Positions 48,101 through 60,589 of a stretch of DNA of 64,000 nucleotides are shown here, piece after piece. The position numbers were made by a program, and so were the translations under genes. Each line of letters starts with the position of its first letter. The stretch's first letter is position 1. Source of the DNA: Phoronis australis (lineage: Eukaryota > Animalia > Phoronida); contig NMRA01000049.1 in assembly GCA_002633005.1 (NCBI GenBank), positions 974,011-1,038,010 of the forward strand. The letters run 5' to 3'. A model generated the notes under the pieces. It had not been told where the DNA came from. It worked only from the letters and a program-made list of their open reading frames with translations, and did not search any database.

Positions 48101-50811
48101 TCATAAACAACATTAAATGTGCTGTGTGTAAGTGAAATCTCGGCTAAGCTCAGGCGTACTACCTTTTCTGAATTGGTCCCCTGAATCTCACTTGAACCTG
48201 TTGATGATGTTAACTCACATGTCGAAGCCTTGTGGCATTGTTGATTACAACATGCACTACCAACTGAAACGGGTCATTGACATGCTTCAACTGCTAACTA
48301 TGGTTGTTGTAATTGTATATCCCCTAGTTAAGGAAATTGCATTGGAACTAAGAAGCTGCCTGTTCTAACAGTTTAACTGTAATGTGCACCTGGTGATGAT
48401 GCTTAAAGATATCTACCTTTTCCGTACTTGCCAGAGCAATGTATAGTCTTGAAGTGTGTTCATACTTTACTTGAATTCACAATTGGTGAAAACACTGTCA
48501 TGCATGGTCTGTCTGTCAGAACACGGTCTCTCAGTATGCTTAGTCTCAGCTTTATGTTTGCACTTGATTATTTTTATGCATTCAATATGCAGGTATGGTG
48601 CCCCACAAGTTGACTCGCGGTAAGGAGGCTCTAGACAGACTCAAGGTCTTTGATGGTATCCCTCCTCCCTATGACAAACAGAAGCGCATGGTGGTGCCCT
48701 CTGCTCTCAAAGTGATGCGACTGAATCCCAAAAGAAAGGTACTGCTATGTTGAAACACGTTCAGGAAATTATGCAAATCTCAAAAACTGGTTTTGAATTG
48801 TGTGTTCCTGAGGTTATGTGCTTGGAATACCAAATCTTTTGATACATATTAAAGAGATAGAATAACTTGTGTGTCTGTGTCCCAATGAAGTGATCCACAT
48901 TCATGTCCGGTGAGTTGCATTCGTTTTGGCTACTTGATGTGCAATAGATCAGTGAAATATTGAGTTGGAAAATGTATAAATTTGTGTTGCTTCTGGGTTA
49001 TAGAAAAATGAGTTGCATACATTTGGAAACATGTTCACAAAGTCGGGTGCTTTTTGAAGAAATTATGAAAATACGGGGTTGGGTTGTTGAAAGGGAAGTT
49101 TCCTGGGTGACTGGACGTAAAGCCAAACAAATTGGTCAGATTAATTCCTGTTTTTCGACATTGCCTTGTTACACTCTGCGACAATGCTGTTGGCTCAAAA
49201 CAAAGCTATGCTAGACTTGTGTACCAGCCAGTGATGAATATACCTTACCTACATTGATGTGTAAGATGATGCAGATATCTATCTGAGGCTGGTTAGTGTT
49301 GATTTAGGAAAGGACTTTTAAGGTATAACATTAGCTTTGCCAATGTTTATGATATGGAGTGCTTGGAATGCTTTCGTTCAATGGGGCCAATTTGATGTTC
49401 AAAATGATTATCAATTTGTACTTCCACTTGAGTCAGTTTTGTATTTCACTTTTAAAAATAAACCCCGAAGGCAGGTTATTAATCTTTTGTCCATCTGAAG
49501 TATCCAACATTTTCACTGGGTGTTGCTGATAAAAAAGATACTTTTTAAACATCTGGGTAGAGTTCAGTAACAATAGTGTGTCTCTAGAAGAACAAGATGT
49601 TGGGAGATAACGCTGTATAGTCTCCTGGAGTTAAACGTGGTTTTGACTAGATTTTGCTCATCACGAGACGGTTATTGAACTCGACCCTAAATAGATTGTG
49701 AACAGTTCATCTGTCTCAGGGCATTCATGGTAAGACCCTTGTAAATGCAGGGTTGCCGATTGACACATTCAGTGTTTCTTGATGAATTGTGCAGCACCTC
49801 TGGTCTTCTGTATTGGTCATGGTTTGGTTTGATTTTATTGTAGTACTGCGAGTTGGGCCGTCTGTCACACGAGATTGGGTGGAAGTACCAGAATGTCATT
49901 GCCACTCTAGAGGCAAAGAGGAAAGTTAAGGCTAAGGCACATTATGAAAGGAAGAAGACAGAGAATGTAAGTGATGCGCAACTGGAGACCCGATGTGAAC
50001 TGGGTCACAAATAAGTGCCATTAAAATTACAAAGTGGTCCTCTTTTCTGTGTATACCTTAACCTTAATAGTGATTAAAATCATCCGCTGCCTGCGTTGCC
50101 ATATAGCAATTGGCACAGCACAAGCTGTTCAAGTGGTCTGTTGTTGTTGAAATAGATCCAGACTTGAATCCTTCTTGAAGTTCAGGTCTTCCCATCAATT
50201 TCCTTTTCTGTAAAACAATCCTTTTTGACAAAACCACGTTGACCGCAATTTTGTATTGATCTGGTTTGGCAAATGGAAAAACAACACTGGTGAGGCTTGA
50301 AGTGCTCTTGCATTCTCGCTGTTGGCATTCTGTTGTACTATCAATTCCTTTCTCACAGTTCAATTCATTTCTTGGTTAGCATAATTTTTTGCAACCCTAG
50401 TTCAGTTTGCCTAGTGTAATTTCTGAAGTTGGTCCAATTTTTCTTTTTTTTCATTTAATTTAAGCGGATTCTCCTTGTCTTGTCCTCGTTACTTTTTTAT
50501 TACATTTCTTTGTACTAGTTTTTAGGGCCCTTTGGTCACCCTCTGATTCTAAGTGGCCGCATGCATTGCAACTTGTTTTAACCTCTAAGGGGAAGGCACA
50601 TTTATTTAGAAGGAAGGTCAAATTTTCAGCCCCAAAATCGAAGCATTGAGGGCCCTGTTTAATCGTGTCGTATGAGCATTTGTTGTTCTTTTTGTAATCG
50701 GTCCTAATGAGTTTCAATCTGTTCCAGAAACTGAGGTCGCAGGCACTACAAGCTGTACTCCCCAAGGTTCAGGCGCAGCAGAAACTTATTGAGAGTTACG
50801 GCTACCACTGA
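45162..50811 (+). CDS. RPL13A: 60S ribosomal protein L13a (uL13), 6 exons, 203 aa
   Basis: Exons 45162-45179 (MGFQTK), 46593-46731 ([16 protein letters not shown]..), 47532-47633 ([25 protein letters not shown]), 48593-48738 ([16 protein letters not shown]), 49844-49966 ([12 protein letters not shown]), 50728-50811. AATAAA at 50821. Confidence 0.98.
45451..45517 (+). ncRNA. SNORD34: Box C/D snoRNA, SNORD34 (U34/snR62)-like, copy 1 (RPL13A intron 1)
   Basis: Stem ATGTC/GACAT; degenerate box C GTGATGG at 45457; guide TTACCTACATTGT complementary to 28S ACAAUGUAGGUAA; D' AAGA; box D CTGA at 45509. Confidence 0.75.
47388..47459 (+). ncRNA. SNORD34: Box C/D snoRNA, SNORD34-like, copy 2 (RPL13A intron 2)
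   Basis: Stem CAGTC/GACTG; box C GTGATGG at 47394; guide CTTACCTACATTG; D' ATGA; C' ATGATTT; box D CTGA at 47451. Lies ~72 nt from the 3' splice site, the typical position. Confidence 0.85.
48196..48274 (+). ncRNA. SNORD33: Box C/D snoRNA, SNORD33 (U33/snR55)-like (RPL13A intron 3)
   Basis: Stem ACCTGTT/AACGGGT; box C ATGATGT at 48204; D' TCGA; guide CATGCACTACCA (48251-48262) complementary to 18S UGGUGGUGCAUG with one G-U pair; box D CTGA at 48264. RPL13A is the known vertebrate host gene. Confidence 0.88.
49223..49293 (+). ncRNA. SNORD34: Box C/D snoRNA, SNORD34-like, copy 3 (RPL13A intron 4)
   Basis: Perfect 7-bp stem ACCAGCC/GGCTGGT; box C GTGATGA at 49231; 14-nt guide CCTTACCTACATTG; C' ATGATGC; box D CTGA at 49283. 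Confidence 0.85.
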
Positions 50812-50820
50812 ACTCTGTAT

Positions 50821-50826
50821 AATAAA
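50821..50826 (+). terminator. RPL13A polyadenylation signal
   Basis: AATAAA 10 nt after the stop codon, with further copies at ~50835 and ~50849 and T/GT-rich sequence downstream. Confidence 0.7.
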
Positions 50827-51137
50827 CTGTAAAAAATAAAAAATCTAAAATAAACAAGTTGCCACAACTTTGCTTGCATTGATTTACTTGTTATGTCTCT
50901 CTTGTTAGTTGGTTCTTAAAATCTTTCAACTAAAACAAGTTATCTTTAGCTATTCACCAGGTGCATGTAAATTTTTGTTAAGAACAAATGCATACATATC
51001 AAACTCATCCCCAAGGCAAACAATTTTATAAACACATGAAATTATTCTTCAGTATGCACTGTTCGTGTGTATATAGTTACACTTCATGCACAGGCCATGT
51101 ACCGGTAATATATTGTCAAAGATGAAACGAAAACGTT

Positions 51138-51143
51138 TTTATT
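51138..51143 (-). terminator. Probable ISCU polyadenylation signal
   Basis: AATAAA on the minus strand ~820 nt after the stop, at the end of a U-rich UTR-like tract. Confidence 0.5.
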
Positions 51144-51964
51144 CAAAACATGTACATGATTACAATAAATGAAATCGGCTCCAGCAAAACTCGAAGAAAA
51201 ACTACTGCAACCATGTCATTCCAAAATTCCAGGGAGAAATGAACAGCAAAACTAACCGCTTCACAACTAGCCTACATAGCACAGATGAGATGGTCCTATG
51301 ATGTGCGAATATATTTATGTTACACAACACTAAGCAACAACTCTACTGACCAAATAAACATTGTGCAGTAAACGTCTTGGCTATTCTGACAGGTAAACAT
51401 TACAGGGCAATTCATACAAATTACAATACAAATTACTGAAATGCCATTTCTATAATAGTGAACAAAAATTCATGAGATTTTCATTAAGCAGGAGTCCACC
51501 ATATCAACTCTATCAAGTCTGCAATTAACATGGACTTCCTATAGTATAGAGACGTGCGTGTTGCTGAAAACTCGAATTTCGTACAACACAGAAGACGGAT
51601 AAAGACAGATAAACAAAACATTCATGGTTTGTCCAAAGTGATCAGTCATTCAACTTGTAATGAGTAAAGCAATCCAAAACAATCGTGCAAATGCAATTGA
51701 CATCTGTTCTGAACAAGTAGCCACGTGAAAAGCTTTGAATGTGATAAACAATTGAACATTTTTGCTTTCACAGTTACTGTAGTTTATTTACACACAGTTA
51801 AAATGTTTTATTTTGAATGAACCAACAAAATCAACTTGTCATTATTTCAACAGAAACCTTCCATTGTCTTTAATATTTCAATGGAACATCTACCACGTAA
51901 AACATTACTCATATCACATGCAGCAAAGTTTGTGCGCTTTTATACATGAGAAATGAGAGCTGTT

Positions 51965-54900
51965 CTAGTTTGTCTCGCCCGCTCTCTTCTTCTTCTTCAT
52001 GTTGTAGTCATTTAAAGCAGCTTTTATGGCATCTTCAGCCAACACTGAAAATGTAATCAAGAAATGTGAAAATGCACAAGCAGACAACTTTCCAGTAAAG
52101 CAGTATAAGATAATTACTTAGAGATGGTGTAGATTGGGCGCAGACATTTCAACCTGGTCTGATTAAGAATGTTCGAATACACAGGAGGTAAGTGGAGACC
52201 TCGGTTCTGGTTCAAGAGAGGGCGCTGAGTGCTGATATTTATGGATTCTTTTAACATGTGAAAACTAGGTAGCAAGCGTGCCTGACCAATGTTTACGGCA
52301 TTGTGGGTAAATACAGCTAGATTAGAGTGTCGCAAGAGATCCCTATCCACATAAGGTAGACACAGACAGCAATATCTGTTGCCAAAGGTTCTGTAGGAGA
52401 CGCACACATGAGAGCATTGAAAATCAAGAACGGCCCAAAATTCAGGAAAATTTGGTTGAACTGCCAATTCCCACCATATGCAGGACACCTAATTAGCATA
52501 TTTTTAAAAGCCTGATGGGAAGCAGTGTGTGAGTTACACGCCAAGAGCATTTTTATTGTACACTGATGATGAATATCAAGAACGAAGGAAAATCCATGAA
52601 AATACAGTCAAATCACAAAATGTCAATAACATGCACTATGACACATTAGCATACATTTTGAAAGTTTAATCAAACTCTCGAAAAATGTAAGAGGAGTTAT
52701 ATACGGATGTGTGAAATCCAAAACAGGCCAAAATTCAGGAAAATAGCCACAAATCAGAAAATGACGAAGATACGTGCCACAACACTTCATTGGTATAAAT
52801 TCTTTAAGTTAGGTTGAAATCTCTTGAGAAAAGTAGTTGCACAAAGAAGGGCCCTTCCATACATGAAAGTGAAAATCAACAATGGGCCAAAATCCAGGTA
52901 AATACAGTTTAATTACATTTTGTAGACGATATGCACAATGCAACTACATAAGAACGACTTATGCTTTTCTTGAAAGTTTGGTCAAAAATCTCCATTGACA
53001 TGTTCGCAAAATGCAAGACGATTTGTGGGCTCAGAAAAATGTTTTTCTCTGCACGGACCCATAACAATGCTGACCGACGGATGGTTACCATTACTATACT
53101 ACCTATGCCTTTGGTACGGTACAACAAAGGATAAGAAGACACTACACATTGAAAGACTAAAAATATCTTAAGAAAAAGTTTTGTTGACTCATTGACTCAT
53201 AAGAACAAGTTTAATAGCGGCTTTATCTCTTCAATTTGTGTGCAAAACAATTGGTGTGAAACGGGTTAGTTAACCTAACCTAATGTAACCTAGTCATCAC
53301 AGTTAAATATGACCCTTCATTCACTTATTCTGATAATTTTGCAACTTTTATGATGATTGAAAATAACATCTTGCGGCAGTGCTATTTGGCTAAAAAGTTG
53401 AATGATCCTGTAATCTCAGTGAATACAGGTAACCCTGAGCACGAAATTGAGCACTTATATCCTAATAGGACCATACAGGGCAGCATTTTGACAGCACAGA
53501 ACAAAACAGTTATAAGATCAATAAGAAATTTAAGCCTAACTTCAACAGAATTTTGTTATTTTAGGTTTTTGGGCTAATCAGATAGTCCTAGCAAAGCCTT
53601 TAGTAAAATAATCACAAAATATATAATATATTGGCCTGTCAATAATAAGTGAAGTTGCCTTTTTGTTCCATAATGAAACACTGTGAGAGCCCAGCACGAA
53701 CAACAAACAGCCAAAAACATTGAATAGGGATTTGAATAGAACATCATTGCGAGCTACTGTTATTCGCAGCTGTTTGAATTAAAAGGTGATTCTCATGGTG
53801 ACGTAAACGAAAACAAGCCACTACGCCTCACAGTTCATTACATTTGGCAATTTATGGTATCAGTGGGCTCAGAGCGATGCATTTAACATACTGCAGGTAC
53901 CAAACTTATACAGGTGTTACCGTTCAAGACCGGGTTTAACCTAATGACAAGTTCCTTACAGACTAAACTGGGCTAAAATCTAAATGTTTTTAATCAAAAT
54001 CAAACTCAAAATTATTTTCATAATTTTCCGTTTTTAAGTTGGTAAGGACAAGATGAGTGCCTATTAATCTGTGATTAAATATATGGTTTAAGGGGATGAT
54101 TGTGTAATTCTACTTTGAACTTGAGGACCCAAGCATTAAAAGCAAAAGTTCGAGTCTGAACTTCGAATGTACTCGAAATCTTGTCATTTTTACCAGTTTG
54201 TAGCTCAAGTCTAGGGGTCGTCAAGTGCAAATTTGCAAAACAGCAGTAGTTCGTGTAATCCATAGTATATTGAAGCACGGAACACTAGACAATTATCTCA
54301 AGTTTGTTTTTAAGGACAGTGAATATATTTTTGAATTCGACTTTGAGTATCACCTCTAGAAGTTCTGCAACATTCCTTATTTGCATGAGAAGTCTGCACT
54401 GAAGTAACAGCACAGTGATAGTGATACTCATAAAATACAGCCCCTGGTGTACACTAAATCTATGTTTTATAGCACAAACCACAATCTGCTCCTGTCAATA
54501 TTGAGAACATGTGTAAATAACGACTTACTGGAGCAATGAAGTTTCACCGGTGGTAAAGACAGCTCGTTTGCTATTTCTGTGTTTTTGATTTGCGAAGCAG
54601 CATCCATCTGGAAAAGGGAGAATTTAAATGAAAAGAAATAACCACAAACCTGGAATTTTTAAGTCCTGCGACTCCTAAAGACACATGAACAACCTGGGGT
54701 GCAAATCTACTACGACTACAATTTTGAGATGTAGGTGTTCTTTCATGACAATTGCGTGTTCTTTCACGACAAGTGCATGTTTTGTTTTGACTTCAATTCT
54801 TTCACAAGAAACAATCAATGCTTGTAAGTATGGTAGGTAAAATACCACCCCCCTCCCACCATCTCCAATTCCACCTCGCATATTTTTTGAGCATCATGAA

Positions 54901-57900
54901 AAGAATTTCGGGTATTTTAATTAATATTTTTCAGAGGGAAATGGGGCCAATATTCAGCCCTAAAATTGAGGCATTTGTTTTTTCACCATCCTCATTGCTG
55001 TGAATGCCCAGATTTGTTTCAAAATGATGTTAGACATCTGTAATACTTGAATTGAACATGGTAAAGCAGCAAGTTGGCACTGCATTTTAGTAATGAAAAA
55101 ATAGAAAATAAGATTACACCTGTCTGCCATAATGCCTCCTAAGCTGATGAGATTTTAGAGCAGCATTGTGTACTAAGGATAGTAAACACTACCACTGTCT
55201 GGGGCGGAGCTCTAAAAAAATGTGTTTTTATTACTTTAATGCTGTAAAATTTGTTTCGCATTTTATTATTCAGTTTTAAGTTAATAATTTTAGCCACAAA
55301 AGTGTCTTCCAAATATCTTTAGTTAGCAGGTGACAAGGTAATTTCTGAACTGAGTTCAGATCCACACAATTTGTGTTTTAAGATTTAATTAACCAAGCAA
55401 TCGCAACAAAAATCTTGTCTGGATAAAAATTAATTTCTTCTTAACAACCATTGTCAATGAGTCCATCACCATCAATCAGTCTTGAGTCTTGAAAAAGCAA
55501 TGAATGTTTTAAACAGAAATGGCAATTATGTGAAAATGTTAGTGTGCCATGTTAGCATGTTTACCATGAATAATCTCATGTAGATAGACTTATTCTACAA
55601 ACAAAAGGTTAACAACCTGCTGAAAATTAAATTTCTTTGAGTTATCTAGGTTGCATACAAACCTATTTTACAGAAAATAAGCATACCACTAAATGCAGTG
55701 AATGATGACCTCATCAGAGGCAGCTTGTTTACAACTTAGATAAGAAGGTCAACCAAGGGTGGTATTTGGAGCAAACAAATACAAGAAATTGGAAATTTGT
55801 TTTTATGCTTTGTCAGGACACATTAGTCAACAACTAACTGGTGAAAATTAGACATCAATTTTTGAATAATTACAAAACAAATAGTCAAATAACCTTGTAC
55901 AAGATTTTTTTTCTTCAACTCAGTGTGTTGTGCACAAAGGCATATAGGTCTCAATTTAATGTAGGGTATGTGGATTATACTATTACCGTCAGCATGCAAA
56001 GCAGTACACAAAATAACAATAAGAACTTACAGATTTTCCTTTAACCCATTCTGTGGCCAAGGAACTAGATGCAATGGCAGATCCACAACCGAAAGTCTTG
56101 AACTTAGCATCGATGATTTTTCCACTCTCATCAACTTTTATCTGCAAGTTTTCAAGGTACACTGAGTGCTGTTTAGATAATAAGATTATTGCCTCAGAAC
56201 ATTCTGTTATACACAATAGCGAGTGCTGAATGTGTAAATTAAAAGTTATATTGAGCACTGTCCAGGTAATATGAGATCCAGTTACATACAACGGTAACTG
56301 TGGAATATTTTGACTTAGTGTTGAAACAGACACAAAAACTAAGTCACGAAATAAGGCAAGAAAACACATTCTGAGGTAATATTAGTGGTTAAAATGGAGC
56401 TTATAGGACTGGTGTTACTGTTGGATGGATGTACTGTTTCAGTCTTTTTAGCTTGCTGTAAAGGTGGCCATTTTTGATGAGCCAAAGCAGTGGTCTATAA
56501 AACTTTAATCATAAGACGGCGATGAAACAAAAAACAGTAATAAAGTCAAAAAATGAGCTCTAACCAAAGCAAAACTATGAAACCAAACCATATTTGATAA
56601 ATTTATCTCATAATTAGTTCTGTCATCGATACCACAGTGAAATAAACTTTATATTCTTAAAAGTTGTTTTTGACTCCAAAAATGTGACAGATTGAGACAA
56701 ACATACTCGACATGTTATAATTCAATTGTGAAAGTCTCAGTAAATTAACAAATAAAAAGGTTATGTAACTTTAACAGCAGGTAAATGCATGTTATCAGAG
56801 TGCAACAAAAACAATAATCAGTGTTCCATTTTCATGCACTTTGTGTAACAGTACATTGAAACCTAAGTAAAGAAGTTTTCTTCACGAGCGCATTTGATGT
56901 CATCGTGTTCGTATCCTTTGTTAAAATTGAAATTTGTTTTTAATTGCCTGGAACTGCCCTGACCGCCACATTGCTTCGACAAATGACACTAACCCGCCAC
57001 GAACAGCAACTGTAAGAGCCTTGTTGGACGCAATAACGAATTGTCACTTAGCCAAGTGTAAAAATCATTTCTGATCTTATACAGGAACAAGACGAAACCA
57101 GTTTTGTAGTGGTAAATGGCCTGATTCCAAAGTTGTTTCTACAAAAATAGGCAGGGATATTCCTGGACCATGCCATTAGCACATAAACAATAAAAAGGCG
57201 CATAGTACCCCAGGCACGTCTTTTACAAGGTAAACTTCTTCCAGAAATGCAACATTCTAACCTTGAAACTTACAGACGGTTGGTTTTTTGATTTGGCATG
57301 TCAGATTTTAGACTAAACATGACTGTTCTTATGCTGCCAAAACTAAACAGTCTGTTTGAAGTCTTCATCAGATTGTCTTTTTATATGAAATTTTTAAATA
57401 AAAAATGCAACTTTTACATGAACATGACCCTATTCTTATTTCGATTGCCCTTGGGGTTTCTGATCATATGATATCACTCTAATTACACTAAGTCTGCTGC
57501 GCACAACTTTTTGAAAAGTGGCACATTTTTTTATAATCAGGTGTACCCAAAGGGCACAGGTTCAAACCTGGTCAAGAATATCCCTGAATAGTCATGTTCA
57601 TTTTACATTTAAAGCTGCATTTCATTAACAGTTTAGCTGTCAACATAGAATTCTTAATCAAAACCTTTTGAAATTCAAAAACATGCATACACGAGCCATT
57701 TTCAAATTCCCTAATTTTAAGGTTGCCCAATCCCAATAAACCTTCAGTTTTCTTGAGTAGCTGACGGTCTCAATGTTCTTGTTCATAATGGTAATAGAAT
57801 CCTACCACGACAGTAACAAGTATTATGAAGCCAATATTATGAGTAAAACGCCTAATGGAATTCAAACAACTAAGATATTTGCTAGTTTGTTTCGAAATGA

Positions 57901-60589
57901 TTATTCACAACTTCGATAATACCACTCAGCTCCTGTGTGAGTTTTACTGTAATTACATTATCATTATTATTGTTATTACTATTAACAATTACCTGTAGTT
58001 TCATAACATCACCGCAAGCTGGAGCACCCACCAAACCTGTTCCCACATCAGCATCATCCTTGTCAAATGAACCAACATTTCGTGGGTTCTCATAATGGTC
58101 AATAACCTGCCAAGATCAAAATCAAAATCAAAGTTATGCATCATCCTTGTACAGTGTACAGGCTTCAAACTGAGCCCAATCTAAGCAGCAATATGTTCCT
58201 GGTTATGTACTACATAAATTTTGTGAGTAGACTTCGAAACACACAAAGAAATGCTTAAAAGACTGCCTCAAATTTGATTTTAAAAACATGCAAAAAGCTT
58301 TTGAGCATGTTGGTTTTACGTTAAAAGATAGTTCAAATTCTAAAGAGCTTAAAATTCTAACCTTGGTGCCACTACCCTAGAGATACCACAATGAAAAAGT
58401 ATAACTCAATTAAAATATAGTTTAAAACATTAACACACATTAGAATCAATGTGAAAAGGTGTGCCAGTACCAGGAAGGTATTTTCAGATATTTCAAACCA
58501 ATTTTTATCACTCTGAAACATGTCCTTTTGTGTCTAAAGTAAGATTTTCAGTTTCTCATTTTCAACACATTTCCTTGTGAATAGAAATGTGGCTAGTTTC
58601 ACAGCACCTCGTAAGTGTAACGTCATCCGTGTATGACCTATATAAAACCAGCAACAGGTTTGTACAACAGCCAGCATTACCAATTCTCAGTATCAAGAAC
58701 ACTGATCTGATCTGATTAATTTCTTTTGCGTGGAGTAAAACATTTACTGCATTGTAGATGTAAAAAGTCACCTACTTAGAGACGTGGTTGGTTGTTAGCA
58801 GATGCTTCGACCTAGACCGCCAGGTCTTTGTCAACGAATCAGGGACTTCCTCTTACCTCCCGTGTACTCCAGCATTCTTAATGAGGGAAAGGCGGGAAAT
58901 CCCTCATTCATCGACAAAGACCTGGCGGACCAGGTCGAAACGTCTGCTAACAACCAATCACGTTTCTAAGTAAGTGACTTTTTACATCTACAATGCCTAC
59001 TGAGACCAATGACGAACCTATTCTACAGAATTTACTGCATTATCATGACGTCACAGAAAGAAAACGTTGTAGCTCCAAGTTTTGGTTTTAGTAACTCTTA
59101 AGAGAAAGTAAAAAAAAGCTTGCAAGTTGTGACACCAGGCAAAAGAGTGCAATTAAACAAAGGACTAGATTGGTTTGATATATTTGTCTAGTAGTAACAG
59201 CTGTTCAGTTCACGAGCTTTGCTCAAAAACTTGCTTTTATACACCGCCTCAAACATTTGTATTTAGCCATCTCATAATATTTGTACAGCCACACCACTAC
59301 GAACACACATGAGAAAAAATTTTTGACAGATTTTTTCCATCACTGTTTAAACCAAAGTAACGGCAACAGACGCAATGCGTCGACTTTATTGACAACGTCA
59401 ATGACACTGTCTATGACATGGCATTCTAGTGAAGTACTAGTGACAATGTCTTGCATGCTGTTGCTGATGCCTATTGCTCATTTTGTGACACAACCTTCCT
59501 TTGAATTTGTATGGTGATCTAGTATCTGAACACGGGAGCTTCATTACTTTGATCTGCTAAGAACATACCAATTAGTATACATTATAGAAAAGAAGGCAGT
59601 ACCACGTACACTATATTAGGAACATAGATACTCCGGAAGAATGACGAGGTTCGTTATCCCACCACTATATGTGTACCGATGTGGGTAAAAAACAGACCAA
59701 ATAAAATCTGACACAAAATCACTGTCGTGAAAAACTACAATATTCCTTGTGAGAACTTAATTATTCACTGGTGCTGGAAAAATTGGTGTTCTATCATTAT
59801 TCTGCTGCTAAAGTTGTGGAGCGATCTTCTGCGTCGCCTTTCGGCATCATGGAATATTGCATTACTTAATTGCTAGTTTATATTTTTGTCGATTTTTCAA
59901 TCAACTGTTTTCCTTTCACAAGGTTGTCACAACAAATTATCAGAACTGGTTTCATATAGTTATAAGTTTTTAGTATTTTAATACCAGCAAACCGAATACC
60001 AGAACAAAATTTGCTGCTGCAAAACAGTCATCATCTCCCCACAGACGTCAAAACAATTTTAGGAAATTGCGTGTGCTCGTGTAACAAGCGCACCATTTTC
60101 ATAATGACGACAGAATTTTCTTGGTTACAAAAGGTGGAGAATTATGCAAGACAATGATGTTGATTTGATTGTTTTTCAATGTCGTCAAATTGTAAACAAT
60201 CAGTTGCAACAGGCAAAGAGGTGAGTGTCGTTGACTCCCACTCCCAGATTTTGCATGTGCCCCCGCTGGTTGTTAGCTCTACAAGTTTCACCACGAGGTG
60301 TCCAGCAGAACTACCAGGGCTGAGTGAAACTTCGGGGTCTGTCGGAGCTCTGCATACAATGGTACCTAGTTGTACTTTGAGTTTGAGGATAGTCTCAGGC
60401 ATACATAGTGAATAGATTGCCAACAGCCGACTCACTCTGTCGGCTGGGTAGGGAAACTTACGTAAGTTGTAACAGAGATTGAAATAAAGAAAACCTATAG
60501 CTCACGTTCTTGTGATAGTACGACAGCTGGGGTGTTCGAAAGTCTTGAGCAAAGCGCATCGATCGCGACACAGCGCGATATAAAGCCAT
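51965..60589 (-). CDS. ISCU: Mitochondrial iron-sulfur cluster assembly scaffold (5 exons, 155 aa)
   Basis: Exons 60589-60506 (Arg-rich presequence..YHKN), 58106-57993 ([24 protein letters not shown]), 56141-56031 ([14 protein letters not shown]), 54607-54529 (LPPVKLHCS), 52044-51965 ([10 protein letters not shown]). Confidence 0.98.
52365..53128 (-). mobile_element. Second HINE-like element (family B) with four ~150-bp monomers, in ISCU intron 4
   Basis: GAAAATCAA..GGCCAAAATTCAGGAAAAT-like motif at ~52420, 52571, 52713 and 52871; GACCGACGGATGG microsatellite remnant and a short hairpin at one end. Boundaries are approximate. Confidence 0.55.
57152..57586. mobile_element. hAT-like MITE in ISCU intron 2
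   Basis: TIRs CAGGGATATTCCTGGACC / GGTCAAGAATATCCCTG; flanks AATAGG / AATAGT resemble a 6-bp TSD. Confidence 0.65.
58749..58996. mobile_element. Foldback/palindromic MITE (~105-bp arms) in ISCU intron 1
   Basis: GCATTGTAGATGTAAAAAGTCAC... pairs with ...GTGACTTTTTACATCTACAATGC, and pairing continues inward almost to the centre. Confidence 0.85.
59790..60380. repeat. Inverted, diverged copy of the interspersed repeat at 1825-2320
   Basis: Blocks AGTTGTGGAGCGATCTTCTGCGTC, ATACCAGCAAACCGAAT, TTTGCTGCTGC and TTCGGGGTCT. Confidence 0.7.

Noticed and set aside
49628-49770. Multi-hairpin region ending in ACA ~75 nt from the 3' splice site (H/ACA-like); a similar candidate at ~45765-45891
   Set aside because: No correctly placed ANANNA H box or convincing lower stem by eye; needs an Infernal or snoReport search.
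57559-57568. GGTTCAAACC B-box-like motif (tRNA or SINE)
   Set aside because: No A box or cloverleaf; it lies in a MITE subterminal region.
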